Shown: positions 36,340 to 50,399 of the stretch, piece after piece
How positions within the stretch are numbered: position 1 is the first letter of the stretch
Layout of the letters: every line of letters begins with the position of its first letter
Assembly (NCBI RefSeq): GCF_018350175.1
Contig: NC_058368.1
Location: 219,730,001-219,794,000, forward strand
DNA: 64,000 bases
From: Felis catus
Taxonomy: Eukaryota
Reading direction: 5' to 3'
Position numbers and translations under genes: made by a program
Notes under the pieces: generated by a model
Told to the model about the DNA's origin: nothing
The model's input: only the letters and a program-made list of their open reading frames with translations
The model's database searches: none

Positions 36340-38199
36340 AACACACTTCATATTTAAAATAGATTTTGGCTCACATTTTTATGTTTATAATTGACACGCT
36401 TATTAAATGTGATGGTACTATTTATCTTTACTTTGGCTCAGTGATACCAAATCCTATTATGGCCAGATTATTTTTTTAAAATGTGAGAGATTTTTCACCA
36501 CTCACAAGCTAGTAAAAATTAATAATATTAATAATGATATACAAGATTCATCTGTAAATTGTACTTTTCCACAAATCAAAAGTAAATTCACACCACTTTT
36601 TTAGATGGTTAGTTTAAGGATTTTGGAAAATATTATGTAAAATATAAAGACAAACATCAATAGACGATATGCTATCAATCATACCTTTGTCTCAAGACAA
36701 CTAGATATATATATCTCATGCACACATATGAGAAAATTTAAAGTGAAGCTTTTCATTTTAAGATCTTAATCTATTTTCTGTAACTCAGTCACAAATATGG
36801 ATAAACCTAATTGATCTGTTTTCCTTATGTTTTTAGATAACACTTTTTATTTTTATCCCAATCCTTTGAGATTGCTATAATATACAATAAAAATTGCTTG
36901 GTTGACAGTTAAAGAATAGGTTTGAAGCACAAACACATGCATAAATATAACTGAAAATGGGAGGAATCAGTATTCAAATACAGGATCTGTCAAACAATTC
37001 CTTATAATAATTCCAATCAAGTGCAGTCCCCTAAATATTCCATTTAAAGTATGCTTTACTATCATAAAACACTTGCATAAAATAAGAAATAGAATTCCAA
37101 ATACAGTTCATGACATTTTTTATTCATGATAATCCTATCATTTCTTCACGCTATTTCAAATGCCATTACCATAATCCCTTAAATATTTTTTTTGCTTTTA
37201 GCTTCTTATAATATCTTGGTATACCAAGTGAAGAACATTTCAAACAAAAGGACACTTTCTACTTTATGATTAGATGAGAAATTGAGTTTCAAATAGATTC
37301 TCCCGATGTATTCATATTTTTTTCTAGTTTTAAATTATATAATGTATTAAAGTTTCTTCTCTTTTAGAAGTGAATTTTGAATGGCACTATTTTTATCATA
37401 TCTCAACATGAATTCTCATCTAAACCAGCTGACATGATTATTCTTTTATTTCAAACTTTGATTTCCCATGCTTTTATTTGCTAAATGGCCTTTATATGCT
37501 TTGATCCTTTTTTGCCTATTATAGACAGAACTTAGTCTTTTAACTTATCATCTCTCACCTGAATCTTCGACTTCATTATTATTCCATTTTCTCTAATCTC
37601 TTTATCTCTAAATAAGCTCTGTTTTTTTCACTCTTATGTTTTCAAAATGACATAAAAACACACATTTTTTTTATGCTAATGCCCAGAGAAAGATTTTAGC
37701 TAATACAAGTTGCTTGGGTACAGTTCCTACTATCTTTAAAAAAATTTAGCAGCTACCCTTGAAAAACTATTCATTTCAACTTAACAGATCCAACACAGGC
37801 ATAATCTATTCTTTTCTTTCTTTATTGAATGATTTTCTTACTGGTTTAGTTCAATGTATAGTACATAAAAATAGCTGAAAAGTTTTTGCTGGGTCTATAA
37901 TACATAAAAAATATGCATACACAGAGACTGAGAGATGGATAAATAGAAATATATTAAATATGTACTTATATATAATACCCACTAGATACCACTGCTATGT
38001 CTCATATATATAATAGTATCATCTGAAATAGGCCTATGCATTTAACTATTAAAACAGTTTAATAGAATTCAACTTTCTTTTTATAATTTAATGTCAATAT
38101 TTTCAGTCTCCATATTTTAATATATTTGTAAAATAGGTATCATAGTTTCTTAAGATTATTTTTAAACTTTGTTGCAGATTTTCCTTACTTATAAATTAT

Positions 38200-39417
38200 G
38201 GAGACTGGTAGATAATAATATTAAAGTAATCAGCAACCCTACAGATGAAATTATTAAATATATGAGACATAACACGATAGAAAAGAAATAGGAAAATGTC
38301 AAATTTTATTACTCAAACCAAGGAATTATTTCCTTAAAAGTACCAACAATGGGATGGATCTTTGATAAGTATAATGAAGGCTCAACTAAGGAGCACAAAA
38401 ATAAACCCTTAGGAATTAAAATAATTGCATATTTTATGTAGGTTTATGTACACACAAACACAGAAATGCATTTGAAATAAAATATACATGAAATAATTTT
38501 GAATGAAATATAGTTTGATAAAATTAACTCAGAAGTGACAGAACATTTTAATAGTCCCAAATGTCATATAAGAATTAAGAGATTCAAAGCTATGTCTCTC
38601 TTCAAATTTACTGTGTTCATCTGTTATCATATACAATTTTAAGGCATTCCACAAACCTTTATAAAAAAATTAGTACAGCTATAAAAATAAAACAGAAAAG
38701 GAAGAAAAAGACCTGACTGGAATCTTTCATTTTCCTTACGAATAGAGGTGGAAAAATCTACGTAAGGACCAGACAATCATACTGAGCTAAGTACTTGGTT
38801 TATTAAGGCTATTCATTATTTCAACTCCATATATTATTCTCAGTAGATGACAAAAAGTTGATTAAATTTGAAAATCTATTCCTGAATAAAGACTTAGAAA
38901 ACTAAAAATAGAAGATATATTTCATAGATTTGCATTTCTAGGACTAGAATAAATCTACTGAAAAATTATAGAGTTAAAGCTTTCTATTAATGTCAAAAAG
39001 ATGAAAAAGTCTTCACTCTGAGTGTGTCTATTATTTAACACTTTGCAGTCAGTCTTAGTCTACACTGTAAGTGAAAAAATAAATAAATAAATAAAAGCAT
39101 AAGTGCCGAAAAGGGCAACAGTTACTGGACTTTTTCTAAATACATCGTTACACAACTCGAACATGCCAGACTATGAGTTGCAAAATATTACACCTAATAT
39201 TAAAAGCTGGTACATTACATTAATACATGTTCAATATAAAAAGCAACTTTTCTATATAACATTATCAAAATAGAAGGTTACAGGTGAAGGGCGCCTGGGT
39301 CCTCAGTGGGTTAAGTGTCTAACTCTTGATTTAGGCTCAGGTCATGATCTCACAGTTTGGTGTGTAGGATAAATCTCCACCTTGGGCTCTGTGCTGACAG
39401 CATGGTGCCTACTTGAT

Positions 39418-39459
<42 letters not shown>

Positions 39460-39720
39460 CCCCCACCTCCCCCATTCACCCACGTGCTCTCTCACACACT
39501 CTCTCTCAAAATAAATAAACTTAAAAAAAAGAAGATTCCAGGTGAAAGGAAGAAAATCATGTCTTTCACAAGAAAGTTGCTATATGGAAGACATATATAG
39601 ACATATATGCTTCATACATCAAAATCCTACAATCACTAAAACATATTTTTAATAGAAATTTTTAAATCAAACTTATTCTTATTTTTTTTTTCAAAATCAG
39701 GACAAGAATAATGAAACATT
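38200..39720 (+). mobile_element. Ancient L1M ORF2 (RT region) remnant, interrupted by a SINE
   Basis: aaattaactcagaagtgacagaacattttaatagtcc, attctcagtagatgacaaaaag, cttagaaaactaaaaatagaag and ctattatttaacactttgcag in L1 ORF2 order. Confidence 0.65.
39289..39529 (+). mobile_element. Can-SINE, older subfamily
   Basis: TSD agaaggttacaggtgaa / agaagattccaggtgaa. Confidence 0.92.
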
Positions 39721-40176
39721 TATGAAGCAAGAAATGACAGAACTGAATGGTGCACACTCACCACAACTCAACTCCCCTCCTCTGAGCTACTGGTATGTAG
39801 TCTTTTATATCAGTAGACATTATTATGCATTCCATAAATAATATGTAAAGAATAACATAACAATAAAGTACCTTATTTCTAAAAAAAAGATAGACTCTCT
39901 AGTTTATGGAATTTTCCAGTGTACTGAATAGTTTTCGAATTTTACTTCAATATTTCTTAGTGATTACTTTTTAAAGCATTAAAAATAAACTTGAAGTATC
40001 TTTTGCTGTCTTGTGGCCTCAGGCTGTCCCCCCTAATGTGGAGATAGGTGGAGAGAGAAGGGCAGTCTTTCTCTTCCTCTATTAGTTTTTATTTATTTAG
40101 AGAGAAAAGAGGCATTATGTTAGGGAGTATTATCACTTTTAATCCGTATGCTTTTAAAATTTCTGCACCCAAATAT

Positions 40177-40724
40177 TGTTAACCAAACTCAAGTTCGGCT
40201 GCCATAGATCTAAAGGCCAATATTGAAGATACAAGTTTTGATTGGAAAGGAATATGAGCTTTATTCAGGAGGCCAGCAACCTGAGGAGAAGGCAGACTCT
40301 TGTCCAAAAGCCAATCCCGAAGTTTCTGCCTGGCCCAGGGATATTTAAAGGGGTTTAAGGCAGTTAATCAGTAAAGGGAGTAGAGTGGTCTGTGTAACAT
40401 TTCTTGATTATGTCCGGACTTGGTGCCAGCCACAGACGTTATCACAGTACTCAGAGGTTGTGTGAAGGGGTCTGGTTCCTTAGTGCCCTGGGGCGGGGTG
40501 TGTGTGCAAGAGCTTTCTGTTTTGTGATGTACAGAAGTCCTCTGTTCTCTCTGGGAAAGAATGCATGATCTATAGATATACAAGAAAAAGTTCATCGGTC
40601 CTGCAAGCTCAGGGTGTTTGTTAAAGCTTAAAGACTACTAGGTTGGCCAGAGAGGCTGAGGTGGCTTCAATATTACTATCAAAGGGAGGTGCCGAAGAAA
40701 GTTTCCTTGTGAAAGTGCTGTTCA
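40177..40724 (-). mobile_element. ERV1 solo LTR (carnivore-type)
   Basis: TG...CA ends (tgttaaccaaactcaag ... gtgctgttca), reverse polyA signal tttatt near 40260, reverse TATA-like atatttaaa near 40341, GC box ggggcgggg. Confidence 0.8.
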
Positions 40725-41449
40725 TAATCTGAATATTTGCGCACTAAATACTCTTTTTCTTTCTTGTTTGTGACACTTTATTGATTCAAGCTCTAAATAT
40801 TCTATTACATCCTCTAGGTTTTCCATTGTTTTAGAAACTAAATGGGGCTGGATTTACTTTCTGTCTAGTATTGCTTTTATAACAATTTATGATTTTTTTT
40901 TATCATAACTGAACATTAGAATCCTTGGGTGACTTACAAAAAGGAAGATAAATATGGAACCACACTGCTGGATTTTGTTTTAATTCATCTGGGTGGATTT
41001 AGGCCTTTATATTATATTAAAAACTCACTAGATAATTCAAGTGTACAGACAAGTTTGAGAATTGCCTAGAATCAAAATCAACTGTCATGTATTTGAAATG
41101 AATATTTACCAGACCAAACAATTTTCGATTCAATATCCAAAACCAGAGGAGGCTGATTTGTGAACTAGAATTTTAGTGAGTTTATTAAAAAGAGGAAATA
41201 AGAGTTCAGGTCTCTGAAAAACTCCCAGTTCTTATAAAACTGTTGAAACAAAAAGCAATTTCAAGTGTGAGAGCTGTGCAGTAAAAATAAAATTAATCAC
41301 TTTGTTAAACATTATGATGGATGTTAGTTGTTCCAACATCTGGGTTAATCTCAGACTTGGTATCACCTGGTTTTCAGTCGTGATTGTTTGATCCTTATGG
41401 TTTTGAACATTCTATTACAAGACTATTGATCCTATTTGAATCTATTATT

Positions 41450-42029
41450 GCATCTAGTATTTATCTTGTTCAGATTTAGTGTGTAGGTTCTGGACTGCAT
41501 TTGTGGATGTAATTCCATTGACTCCTTTTCTAGCACATGCTTTGCAATGCTTTTCTGGTCCTTGTTCCTCAGCTTTGAGGAGAGAGCTCCCTCTCTACCC
41601 CTGCTGGTGCTGCCTGTTGGGTCAAAAGGCACTGCCCTGGGGCTCGCTGCTAGGTGGTGAGGATGCTGGGTGGAGAATGTTTACTTTGTCCTGTTCGCCA
41701 CACACAGGATGCTATAGGTTTCTGCTTTATCTTAGCTAAGCTGTTGGAGGCAGGAAATACCTCTCTGGGCAGTTTTCTGCCACGGGGTGAGAATCAGGAA
41801 ATCCTGAGCTTACTCACTTTCTGCGTTGTAGTGGATGAAGACCAGGAAATACCTGACCTGTTGGAGCTGGGATTTGGTCAGATCTGTTATGCTGTTGTCA
41901 GACATGTGGACTAGTCTGTCTGCTGCTCATTAATGTTACTGCCGCTGGGTGTGGATCAATGAATGAATCTCCTTACTAGGTTTCCGCTGAGCTTAGCCTA
42001 TCTTAGTCATTTGGCCAGAGAGCAAGCTT

Positions 42030-42107
<78 letters not shown>

Positions 42108-42310
42108 TTTCCTATGTCTGTTGGTAGTTCTGGGTAAAAGATAAAATTATATACATCTTTAAGAATTAAGTGCCCTAGCCAATCTATCTTCTTTCTACCT
42201 TTCAGAGCACTTTTATGGTTGTTTGTTGAATTATTTCTAAAGTATTTTGCTGTATTTAGAGGTTAGGAGAAGAGAAGAGTGAGTTCATACCATCTTATGG
42301 GACCAGAAGT
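41450..42310 (-). mobile_element. Ancient L1M 5' UTR remnant
   Basis: Ends in ccatcttatgggaccagaagt (reverse of an acttccgg...aagatgg L1M start). Also ctttctacctttcagag and tttggccagagagcaagctt. Confidence 0.65.
42029..42106. repeat. (TC)n(TG)n compound microsatellite
   Basis: Directly visible. Confidence 0.95.
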
Positions 42311-43690
42311 ATTGAAATTGAAAACTTTTTTATCATTGGAATTACTATCAAAATTAGTTCCTTTAAAAACTATAATACCTTGGGGGGGGGATCTGTATTA
42401 ACAATAAAATCTACACTCTCATACAATAATGTCTATGCTTTGTTATCAGTAAAATAGTAGAGATGCAGAGTCCTCATCCAATTTTGTCCTGCATATATCC
42501 TTTCCTATTATCCCAATACTGGATCAACTACCAAATGAATATTTTAAAGCTCTCTGGCTGTCTTTTCCCATGGTTTCTGTTAATTTCTATTTCATTCCCA
42601 ATTCTTTTTCTTTTGATATGTTTTCCTACTTCTCACAAGATTCATGTTTATTTCATGAAATTACTGGTTTCTAGTCCATAGTTCACATCTCATACTTAAT
42701 AAATTATAATACATGGTATCTATAATATTGATTATTTCAAACTACAAATATTCTATAATTGATTAAAACTTAAAATTAAAAAAATTAAGCACTCAACTGT
42801 TATAAAGCAATCAAATCAACTCACTTAAAATAATACAAAAAAAATAAAATAAAATTCAAAATATTGGGAAAATAATTTCTGAAAAAACTAACTCAGGATA
42901 CTTTTTGCTATTAAATATAATCTATAATGGTAACTAATTACGGGAGCCATAGAAATATAAAAGTAAATTCAAGCCATATTCATCTAATTGACATGTTCTA
43001 GTAGAAGTATTCACCTTAAGGGCAAAGGTATTAGAATTCATTAGCTAAACTTATTCAAATAAGTTTCCTGTTTGTTAGGATTTAAGAAACTTTGTGAAAT
43101 ATACAGTAATTAATGATAAATTATTTAGTAGGGTACACAGTAAGCAAATTAAAAATGTAGACTTCAATGGATTTCCAGTCAGCTCTTTTTGGACAAGCAT
43201 TTATGATTCAAACATTTACCATTTTAACATTTTTTTTACAATCCACATAGCAAGAGAAAATTATAGAATATATTTTAAGTTATTCTATGATTATGCAGAA
43301 AACACTACATAACAGTAAAATTTAATGAGTATGCACTACCAAACAATTAAAATTTTCTTTCAGAGACATATGGTGCATAAGTTAAAAATGTAACATGTAT
43401 GGTGGCTACTTTTTATTACTATCCAGAATGAGATAGAAATAGTGTTCTCCTAAGAATTCCAAAATATGGCTAAATCTAAAGTAATGCATCATGAACTGCT
43501 GAATAAGAGGAGCTCTAATCTGCAATATATTTCCTTATTTCTCCATTTATCTCTTATTAACTACTGCTCTAGCTGCTTAGAGATTTCTAGGACCAATTAG
43601 TGGTGACAATCATCAAAGATCAGATAATATATATTAATTCTTCAGACATTAAACTGTAGCTTGATCCTAATTCTTAAAAAGTGCATTCTA

Positions 43691-43815
43691 GGGGCCCCTG
43701 GTTGGCTTAGTCTGTTGAGCATTTGACTCTTGATTTAGGCTTGGTAATGATCCCACGGTTGTGGGATTGAGCCCCTCATCGGGCTCCATGCTGAGCGTGG
43801 ATCCTGCTTGGTATT

Positions 43816-43850
<35 letters not shown>

Positions 43851-43892
43851 TACTCTTTCCTGCTCATGCTCTCTCTCTCCCTAAAGTTTTTT
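43691..43892 (+). mobile_element. Can-SINE, older subfamily
   Basis: ggggcccctggttggcttag...tgactcttgatttaggc; degenerate TSD aaaaagtgcattcta / aaaaagcgattttcta. Confidence 0.9.
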
Positions 43893-44018
43893 AAAAAGCG
43901 ATTTTCTATACTATAATTATATAGCTTAAGTACAATGTTTTTAGAGATATTACATTTTTCATAATATATTTTAAATAATTATTTTATGCTACAGAAAAAT
44001 TTGATAACTATATGTTAA

Positions 44019-44220
44019 TTTTTTAAGTTTATTTATTTATTTTGAGAGAAACAGAGACAGAATGAGTAGGGGCGGGGCAGAGAGAGAGAATCCCAAGCAG
44101 GTTCCACAGGGTCAGTGCACAGAGCCCAATGCAGGGCTTGGACTCATTAAACCATGAGATCATGACCTGAGCTGAAATCAAGAGTCAGACACTTAACCTA
44201 TTAAGTCACCCAGGTGCCTC
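44019..44220 (-). mobile_element. Can-SINE, older subfamily
   Basis: gagatcatgacctgagctgaaatcaagagtcagacacttaacc...cacccaggtgcctc. Confidence 0.92.
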
Positions 44221-44673
44221 TGTGTTTATATTAAAATTAAAGACTATAGAAAACTGAAGGTTTTCAAGGCAATTAAAATAACAAACTGTTAGCTGTATCT
44301 CTTCATAATGAAATAAAACTAAATATTAAGTTATGGTGTCAAACGTTTGATTATTTACATAGACATCTGATATATTCCTGTCACTGTACGGAAGATAAAA
44401 AAAATTGCTGATAAAAAGATTGAAGTGTTTGTTATTTGTGCTATACTTGGTATTTTCAGTTACTATGAAACTGAGCTGTATTTGGCATTTTGTTTTTCAG
44501 TCTGCAAAAACAATGATACCAGTACTAAGAATAGATAACAGATGACAAGTTTATATCGAAATATTATAATAATAAATGTTTTTGATAGAAATACACTATA
44601 TAAAAATAAAAATCAACATTCACCTGATTTAAAAAATTACACAAGAGATATTTATTTTCATTTTACAAATAGA

Positions 44674-44674
<1 letters not shown>

Positions 44675-44710
<36 letters not shown>
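44675..44710. repeat. (ATT)n microsatellite
   Basis: Directly visible. Confidence 0.95.
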
Positions 44711-44759
44711 TTACTTTGTTTTAAAAGTTTCACTAGGTAGTAATAGACTAAGTATGATT

Positions 44760-45370
44760 AATGGGTATCAAACTACCCTCCTGACTGAGAATAAATCTAA
44801 GACCATAAGAAATATCTGAAACAACTGTTGTAAGAATTTTGATGACAGCAACAATTCTTAGGGCAATGTACACATACAAGGTGTACTCCACAAAGGTCTG
44901 GGGGCTGCACAGAGGTGGGAGACCACCAACCAATCAGAATAAAGACACCTCACTAAACACTCTAGGAATTCAGTCAAGAACCAAGGGATACTCTAGACAC
45001 GTCTCAGACAATCTGAGCATCAGTAGATGAAGCTGATCGGCAAATAAATTAACTGACAACAAGAGTAAAGGTCAATGGGAAATCTATACCCTCAACAATG
45101 TAGCATCTGCAATTTCCAGTGTACAATAAATGCTACATATATGAAGACACAAGAACATGTGTCCCATAGCCAAAGGGGAAAATTCATAGGTAATGATGAG
45201 GTTATAATTTCCAAAAAATATATATATTTAAACATTTTAACAAAAAGGATTAATGTAGTGAAAGGAAAGTTTGAGAATCTTAGCAGAAAAATGGAAATCA
45301 AGAAAAAAGGGATGACATGGAAATTCTATAACAGAGAGAGGGCTTCAGCAGAATGCGGGATTTGTCAAAG
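44760..45370 (+). mobile_element. Ancient L1M 5' UTR/ORF1-start remnant
   Basis: atatgaagacacaagaacatgtgtcccatagccaaggggaaaa...gagaatcttagcagaaaaatggaaatc...atggaaattcta. Confidence 0.6.
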
Positions 45371-45934
45371 AAAACACATACATACACACACACATACAAA
45401 TAGCCACCTAATGCTGGTTTCTGATAATGACATTTACAGCAACAAAATGAAGAAAGTTTTAAAGAAGGATTTGAGAGATGGGAATTCCTCTGGTTACAAA
45501 GCTAGAATTCCAGAGATCACTTTGGGCAACCTGGAGGGTGGCATGTTGGGGGAAATGAGTGTTATTGCCAGAATAAGGATGTACAAAGCCATTTGACGCA
45601 CAAATTCTGATAAAATGAAATGCTCTGTGAGACTAAGAATTCTTCAGTGATTGAGGGAAACAAAGATGTAGGGCATAATGGGATTTTTCCTGGTTAGTGT
45701 TTTAGAAAAAATTCATCATTGGCCTCATTTTGGAGATGGCCTTTGGGCAATGGTAATGGCAAGGGAAGGAGATTTAGGAAGGGGAGAGTGAGAGAGATGG
45801 CCTTCTCAGGAGCATATCAAGTTATGGGGGTGAAGATTCGGTTAACTCTTGCAGTGCATACTTTTTAAGCTGGATTATGAAGAGTCTTATGTGGCCATTT
45901 ATTTTGTCAGTGTTTGTTTACAAAAATAGGAATG

Positions 45935-46098
45935 GGGGCATCTGGGTGGCTCATTTGGTTAAGCATCTGACTTCAGCTCAGTTCATGATCTCACAGTTCA
46001 TGGGTTGGAGCCTTGTGTTGGGCTCTGTGCTGAGAGCTCAGAGCCTGGAGCCTGCTTCAGATTCTATGTTTTCCCCCTCTCTCTGCCCCTCCCCTGCT

Positions 46099-46154
<56 letters not shown>

Positions 46155-46176
46155 AATAAACATTTAAAAATTAAAA
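45935..46176 (+). mobile_element. Can-SINE
   Basis: Perfect TSD aaaaataggaatg (45922-45934 / 46177-46189). Confidence 0.95.
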
Positions 46177-46984
46177 AAAAATAGGAATGAATTCTGTATG
46201 ATTCTTACTTTCTTTTTTCCTTTAACAGGCTCCTTAATGGAAATTCTCCCAATTCAAACTGCGTGTATTAGCCTCAATTTTACATTATATTAATGTACCT
46301 TTAATTCAAAAGTTTAGGTAATAATAAATATTCACTCTTTTTAGATTTTATTTTGTTTTGAATTCATTTCTTGACACTAGTGATAGTCCTGTATATTATC
46401 CACTGTAGCTGGTGGTTTTCCTTTACAGATGGATTCCTGGGTGTGGGATTGGTAAGAATTCATAGTCAAGGTTACATTCATGTTTATGTTAACATGTAAC
46501 TACAAGTTGCTTTATATATATAATTTTCTTTTATATCTTAATTATATTCTTCACTGATTTTATTTAATCTTAATTTTTAAAAATGTATTCTTTCCTTCCT
46601 TTTCATTTCTATTTTTATTTTCTTCTCACACTGATGCAATTGCAACACTATGAAATTGTTACTGTTTTATATAGAGTGACACTTTCTTGTTCTTTGTTAA
46701 TGATGCTAAATCTTTTGTAGATCATCTGTATTTTACTCAACAATATATCTTTTCAAGATGGAAGTCCTTGATTTAAATCTCATAAACAATAACCCCTTGT
46801 CTGATTCTAAAGTTATTTTTTAAAACCACATGATAATTTATCTCCACTCATTCTGGAATGAGGCTGTTTTGGAGGCAGCTTGATCCTACTGTCTCTATTT
46901 TTTTGTAATCTTTATATTTTTAACTCTGTAGTGAAGAGCAGGATGGTGTCTAGTTCTCAATTCAATTACAATTGCCAAATCTCA

Positions 46985-47350
46985 TAGGGATTTTATCATA
47001 GACTAAGTGGATTAAAAAGAAATTCATTGTTTTATACTTCTGGAGGCTGGAAATTCCAAGATCAAGGTTCCTCAGGGTTTGATTTTGGGTGGGGGATCAC
47101 TTCTTGGCTTTCAGAGAACCACTTTTTCACTTCTTACATGAGAGAGAGAGAAATTTCCCTTTCTCTCTCTCTGTTCCTTTCCATGTCTTCCTCTTCTTAT
47201 AAGACCACGGTCCAATCTAAGTAGGTCCCTACTCTTAGGAACTCATTTAAGCTTAATTACCTCCTAAGGATTCTATCTCTAGCTATCATCACCGTGAGGG
47301 TTAGAGCTTCACCATACAAACTTTGGGGGAATACAATTAAGGCCAGAGCA
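46985..47350 (-). mobile_element. MaLR solo LTR (MLT1A-like)
   Basis: ttctggaggctggaaattccaagatcaagg...ctcatttaagcttaattacctcc...gggttagagcttcaccatacaaactttggggg. Confidence 0.88.
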
Positions 47351-47889
47351 GGAGCTCTGGACCACAGTGTCAGAGGATATAACTATATGCCATGTGGATT
47401 AGAAAGCCCTTTATTGGGTACTATGCAGCCGTGGAAACCCAGAATTGTCTCAGAGGAGGGCTAGGTGGATGGAGGGCAGGTAGAAATAGAAGAGACTATT
47501 ACTTAAAGGACTATTAAATCATCAAACCCAGTTTTGAATTTGATAGAAATAAAATCAGTTTCTCTTTTACTACCCACTGGGCAGAGGCTTATGATAATAA
47601 ATTATAAAAGAAGAAAAACATATTTCCTTTGTTCACTCTTAGTAAAATGTGAATGCATTTATGAACTTGATATATAGTCCTTCACAAGTCAGAGACGATG
47701 TTAGGGGAAAAGTGTAGAAATAAAGAACACTTAAATAAATTGAAAAAGAAAATTTGAAGTCATGACAAGGGATATAAAAAAAAATAAAAAGGTAACATGA
47801 TTGTAAGTTAGAGTGACAATTTTGGATGGCCCAAGAGATTTCTGATTTATGCCTTTTGTCTTAATTTAATTATTAAAAATTAAAATTTT

Positions 47890-48872
47890 AATATTAAATT
47901 TTTACAGATTGGTTGGATTACTGTAAATATCTTGTCATAGCAGAAAGCAAAGAAATTTTCAGACTAAAAGCATCCTTTATAAAAGGCTCAGGAGTCAGTA
48001 TGGAGAAGTTCTAACAGGTTAGCAATGAAACAATTTGAGTATTAATACGAGTAACAATGCAATTGATTACAATTTATAAATATTTTAGATCAATAAGCAT
48101 ATCTTTATGGGATTGTTTTAACTCATAAATCAAAACATTTAGAATTAAAACATCATGATTTTGCAATCCCTAATGAGATAAAGGAACTAAAGCATTAAAA
48201 TAAATACCTTTTAACGTCACAAATAAAAGATAAACATTATGTGCCTCTTATCAAAAGAATACCTATGAAGCACTTTTGCTGAAAGAGAGACAGGTTGAGA
48301 GGTTGAAAGAGAGATGGAGAGGAGAGGAGAGGAGAGGAGAGGAGAGGAGAGGAGAGGAGAGGGGAGGAGAAGGGAGGGGAGGAGAGGGAATGGGAGGGGA
48401 GAGGAGGGGGGAGAGATCAGGCCTCTAATATAATTACCAATTGAAAAATACTATGATAACGAAGGCACTTTTTTAGCAATTTGATAGGGATACAATCAGA
48501 AAAATATCCAGCATGTGAGTAACTCTATACAGAGTCTATTCAGTTAAATAAATTTTGATGGATATTAAGAGAGTGGACTTTGATAATATTAAGTTTTATA
48601 TATATTTTTTAGTTTTATCGATAGTGTTTTAGATATAAATTTATGTGTCCTCATTTTATACACATCTCTACTAACATGTTTATGAATAAAATTACATGAT
48701 TCTGGAATTTGCTTCAAAATAATCCATCAGGGTGTTAGAAAATGTATGTCTAGTGTAAATAAAGCAAAATTCTTTATGAATGGATAATTGCAGAACATTG
48801 TAAGTTGTTACTTGTGCACTGACTGCATTATTCTTCTAGATTTTTAAATATTTTAAAATTTACTATAATAAA
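47890..48872 (+). mobile_element. L1MC-type 3' end
   Basis: aaaaggctcaggagtcag...gaaacaatttgagtat...catgattctggaatttgcttcaaaataatcc...ctataataaa. Confidence 0.7.
48316..48415. repeat. (GGAGA)n purine-rich repeat
   Basis: Directly visible. Confidence 0.95.

Positions 48873-48875
<3 letters not shown>

Positions 48876-48919
<44 letters not shown>
48876..48919. repeat. (TA)n microsatellite
   Basis: Directly visible. Confidence 0.95.
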
Positions 48920-48921
<2 letters not shown>

Positions 48922-50399
48922 CTGTTCTGTTTTCCTTCCAACCAGTTCTAGTATTTGGGATTTTCAGAGGTAATTATTTTGATTAAATAGAAGTAATGGT
49001 TGGCTAAGTGGAAATTCATTGCTTAAAGGCAGCAATTGATGTCAGAACTAATATCATGGTGTTTTGTCATTAATTCTAAGATGAGACTCTCATTGAATTT
49101 TTCTTGATATATGACTTGTGGCAGAAGATTTTTATTATGCAGACTGGGGTTCACAGAAAGAAAGTAGGTAAATCTTTGATTAGATCCCTGATTTTTATTT
49201 GAAGGTTTGCTTAATGTGGTATTAATTAAACATATACCAATAAACGAAAGACATTAAAATTCATGTTTGTCATTGCAGCAGAAAGAGAAATGTTAAGGAA
49301 AATGTAGGTGAGAATAAATTATTTGCAGTTTAATTTAAGATGAGTAATCTAGGTCTTACACTGTCTCATTCTGGATGTTGTTAATCCTATGTGCTCCTCT
49401 TTGATGTTCCAGAAATAAGAGTATCCATAAGTTGCATGATCAATAACTCTTTGAGTCATGCTATTATGAGTATTGTGGTCATTTGTGAAATTTCCTGTGA
49501 CTTCACATGCTATACCTTACAGAAAAATATCACTGAAAACATACCAGTTTCTTGAGAGGTGGATGGAATTAATTTTGTGATGTTCTACCAATATTAAATT
49601 TGGTTCATCCAAAAGGGGCAATTATGTGCACATTCAAATGGCGATATCATTACACAAGAATTTTTTCAAAATAACTTTACATTATAAGCACAAACAATTT
49701 ATACATGGCTAGGAAAGTATATAAATATTAGTTTAAGAATAATTAAGTTAATAATTATTAACTTAAGCAAGGTTGGTAAGGCAGAGAAAGACACAAGGAA
49801 TACACAGGGCTACATGAATTAATCTGCATTTAGCAAAAGTTTATGTTTGGAAATTTCATTGAGTTCTTTCTGGGTATGAGCTAATTTAAAATAATTTGGA
49901 CACAACTCATATTTAAGTCACCCTCTACAGTAAAAGAAAATTCAAGTATAAGAGGAAAGGCTGTACTTTTTCTTCTAATGAATATTTAAGTATGAATGTT
50001 TCATTCATAGTGAAGATATTTACAAAAAGGCTGTGATCAGTTTCTCAGATTTTTAAATTAGAAAATATTATATAATGTCCATATATATCATGTTAAAGCT
50101 TCAACATAAATATATGTTGAAATTATTTATGCTAGAATACTTAAGACAACATTCTTAAATACTTCCAGTGCTGTTTACACTGAAGTCTTGCTCTTCTGGA
50201 GATGTAGTGTGTTTACAACTTGTTTGTTTTTTCACTTTATTTACTGATGGAATAAAAATTAAAATTGCTTTGGTGGTAATGTTAAAGAGGTATTAATTTT
50301 CAAAATTTCTGCTAATTAGAGGTCTTATAATGATTAATGTTGTTCAAAATTTTCTAAATTACTCTTTCAGCTAATTTATTACCCCCCAAGCAAATGCAT

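Noticed and set aside
45075..45596. Longest ORF (173 aa)
   Set aside because: Runs through an ancient L1 remnant and a (CA) tract; no recognisable domain or splice structure.
48316..48415. G-quadruplex or triplex regulatory element
   Set aside because: Ordinary (GGAGA)n expansion within an L1; no evidence of function.
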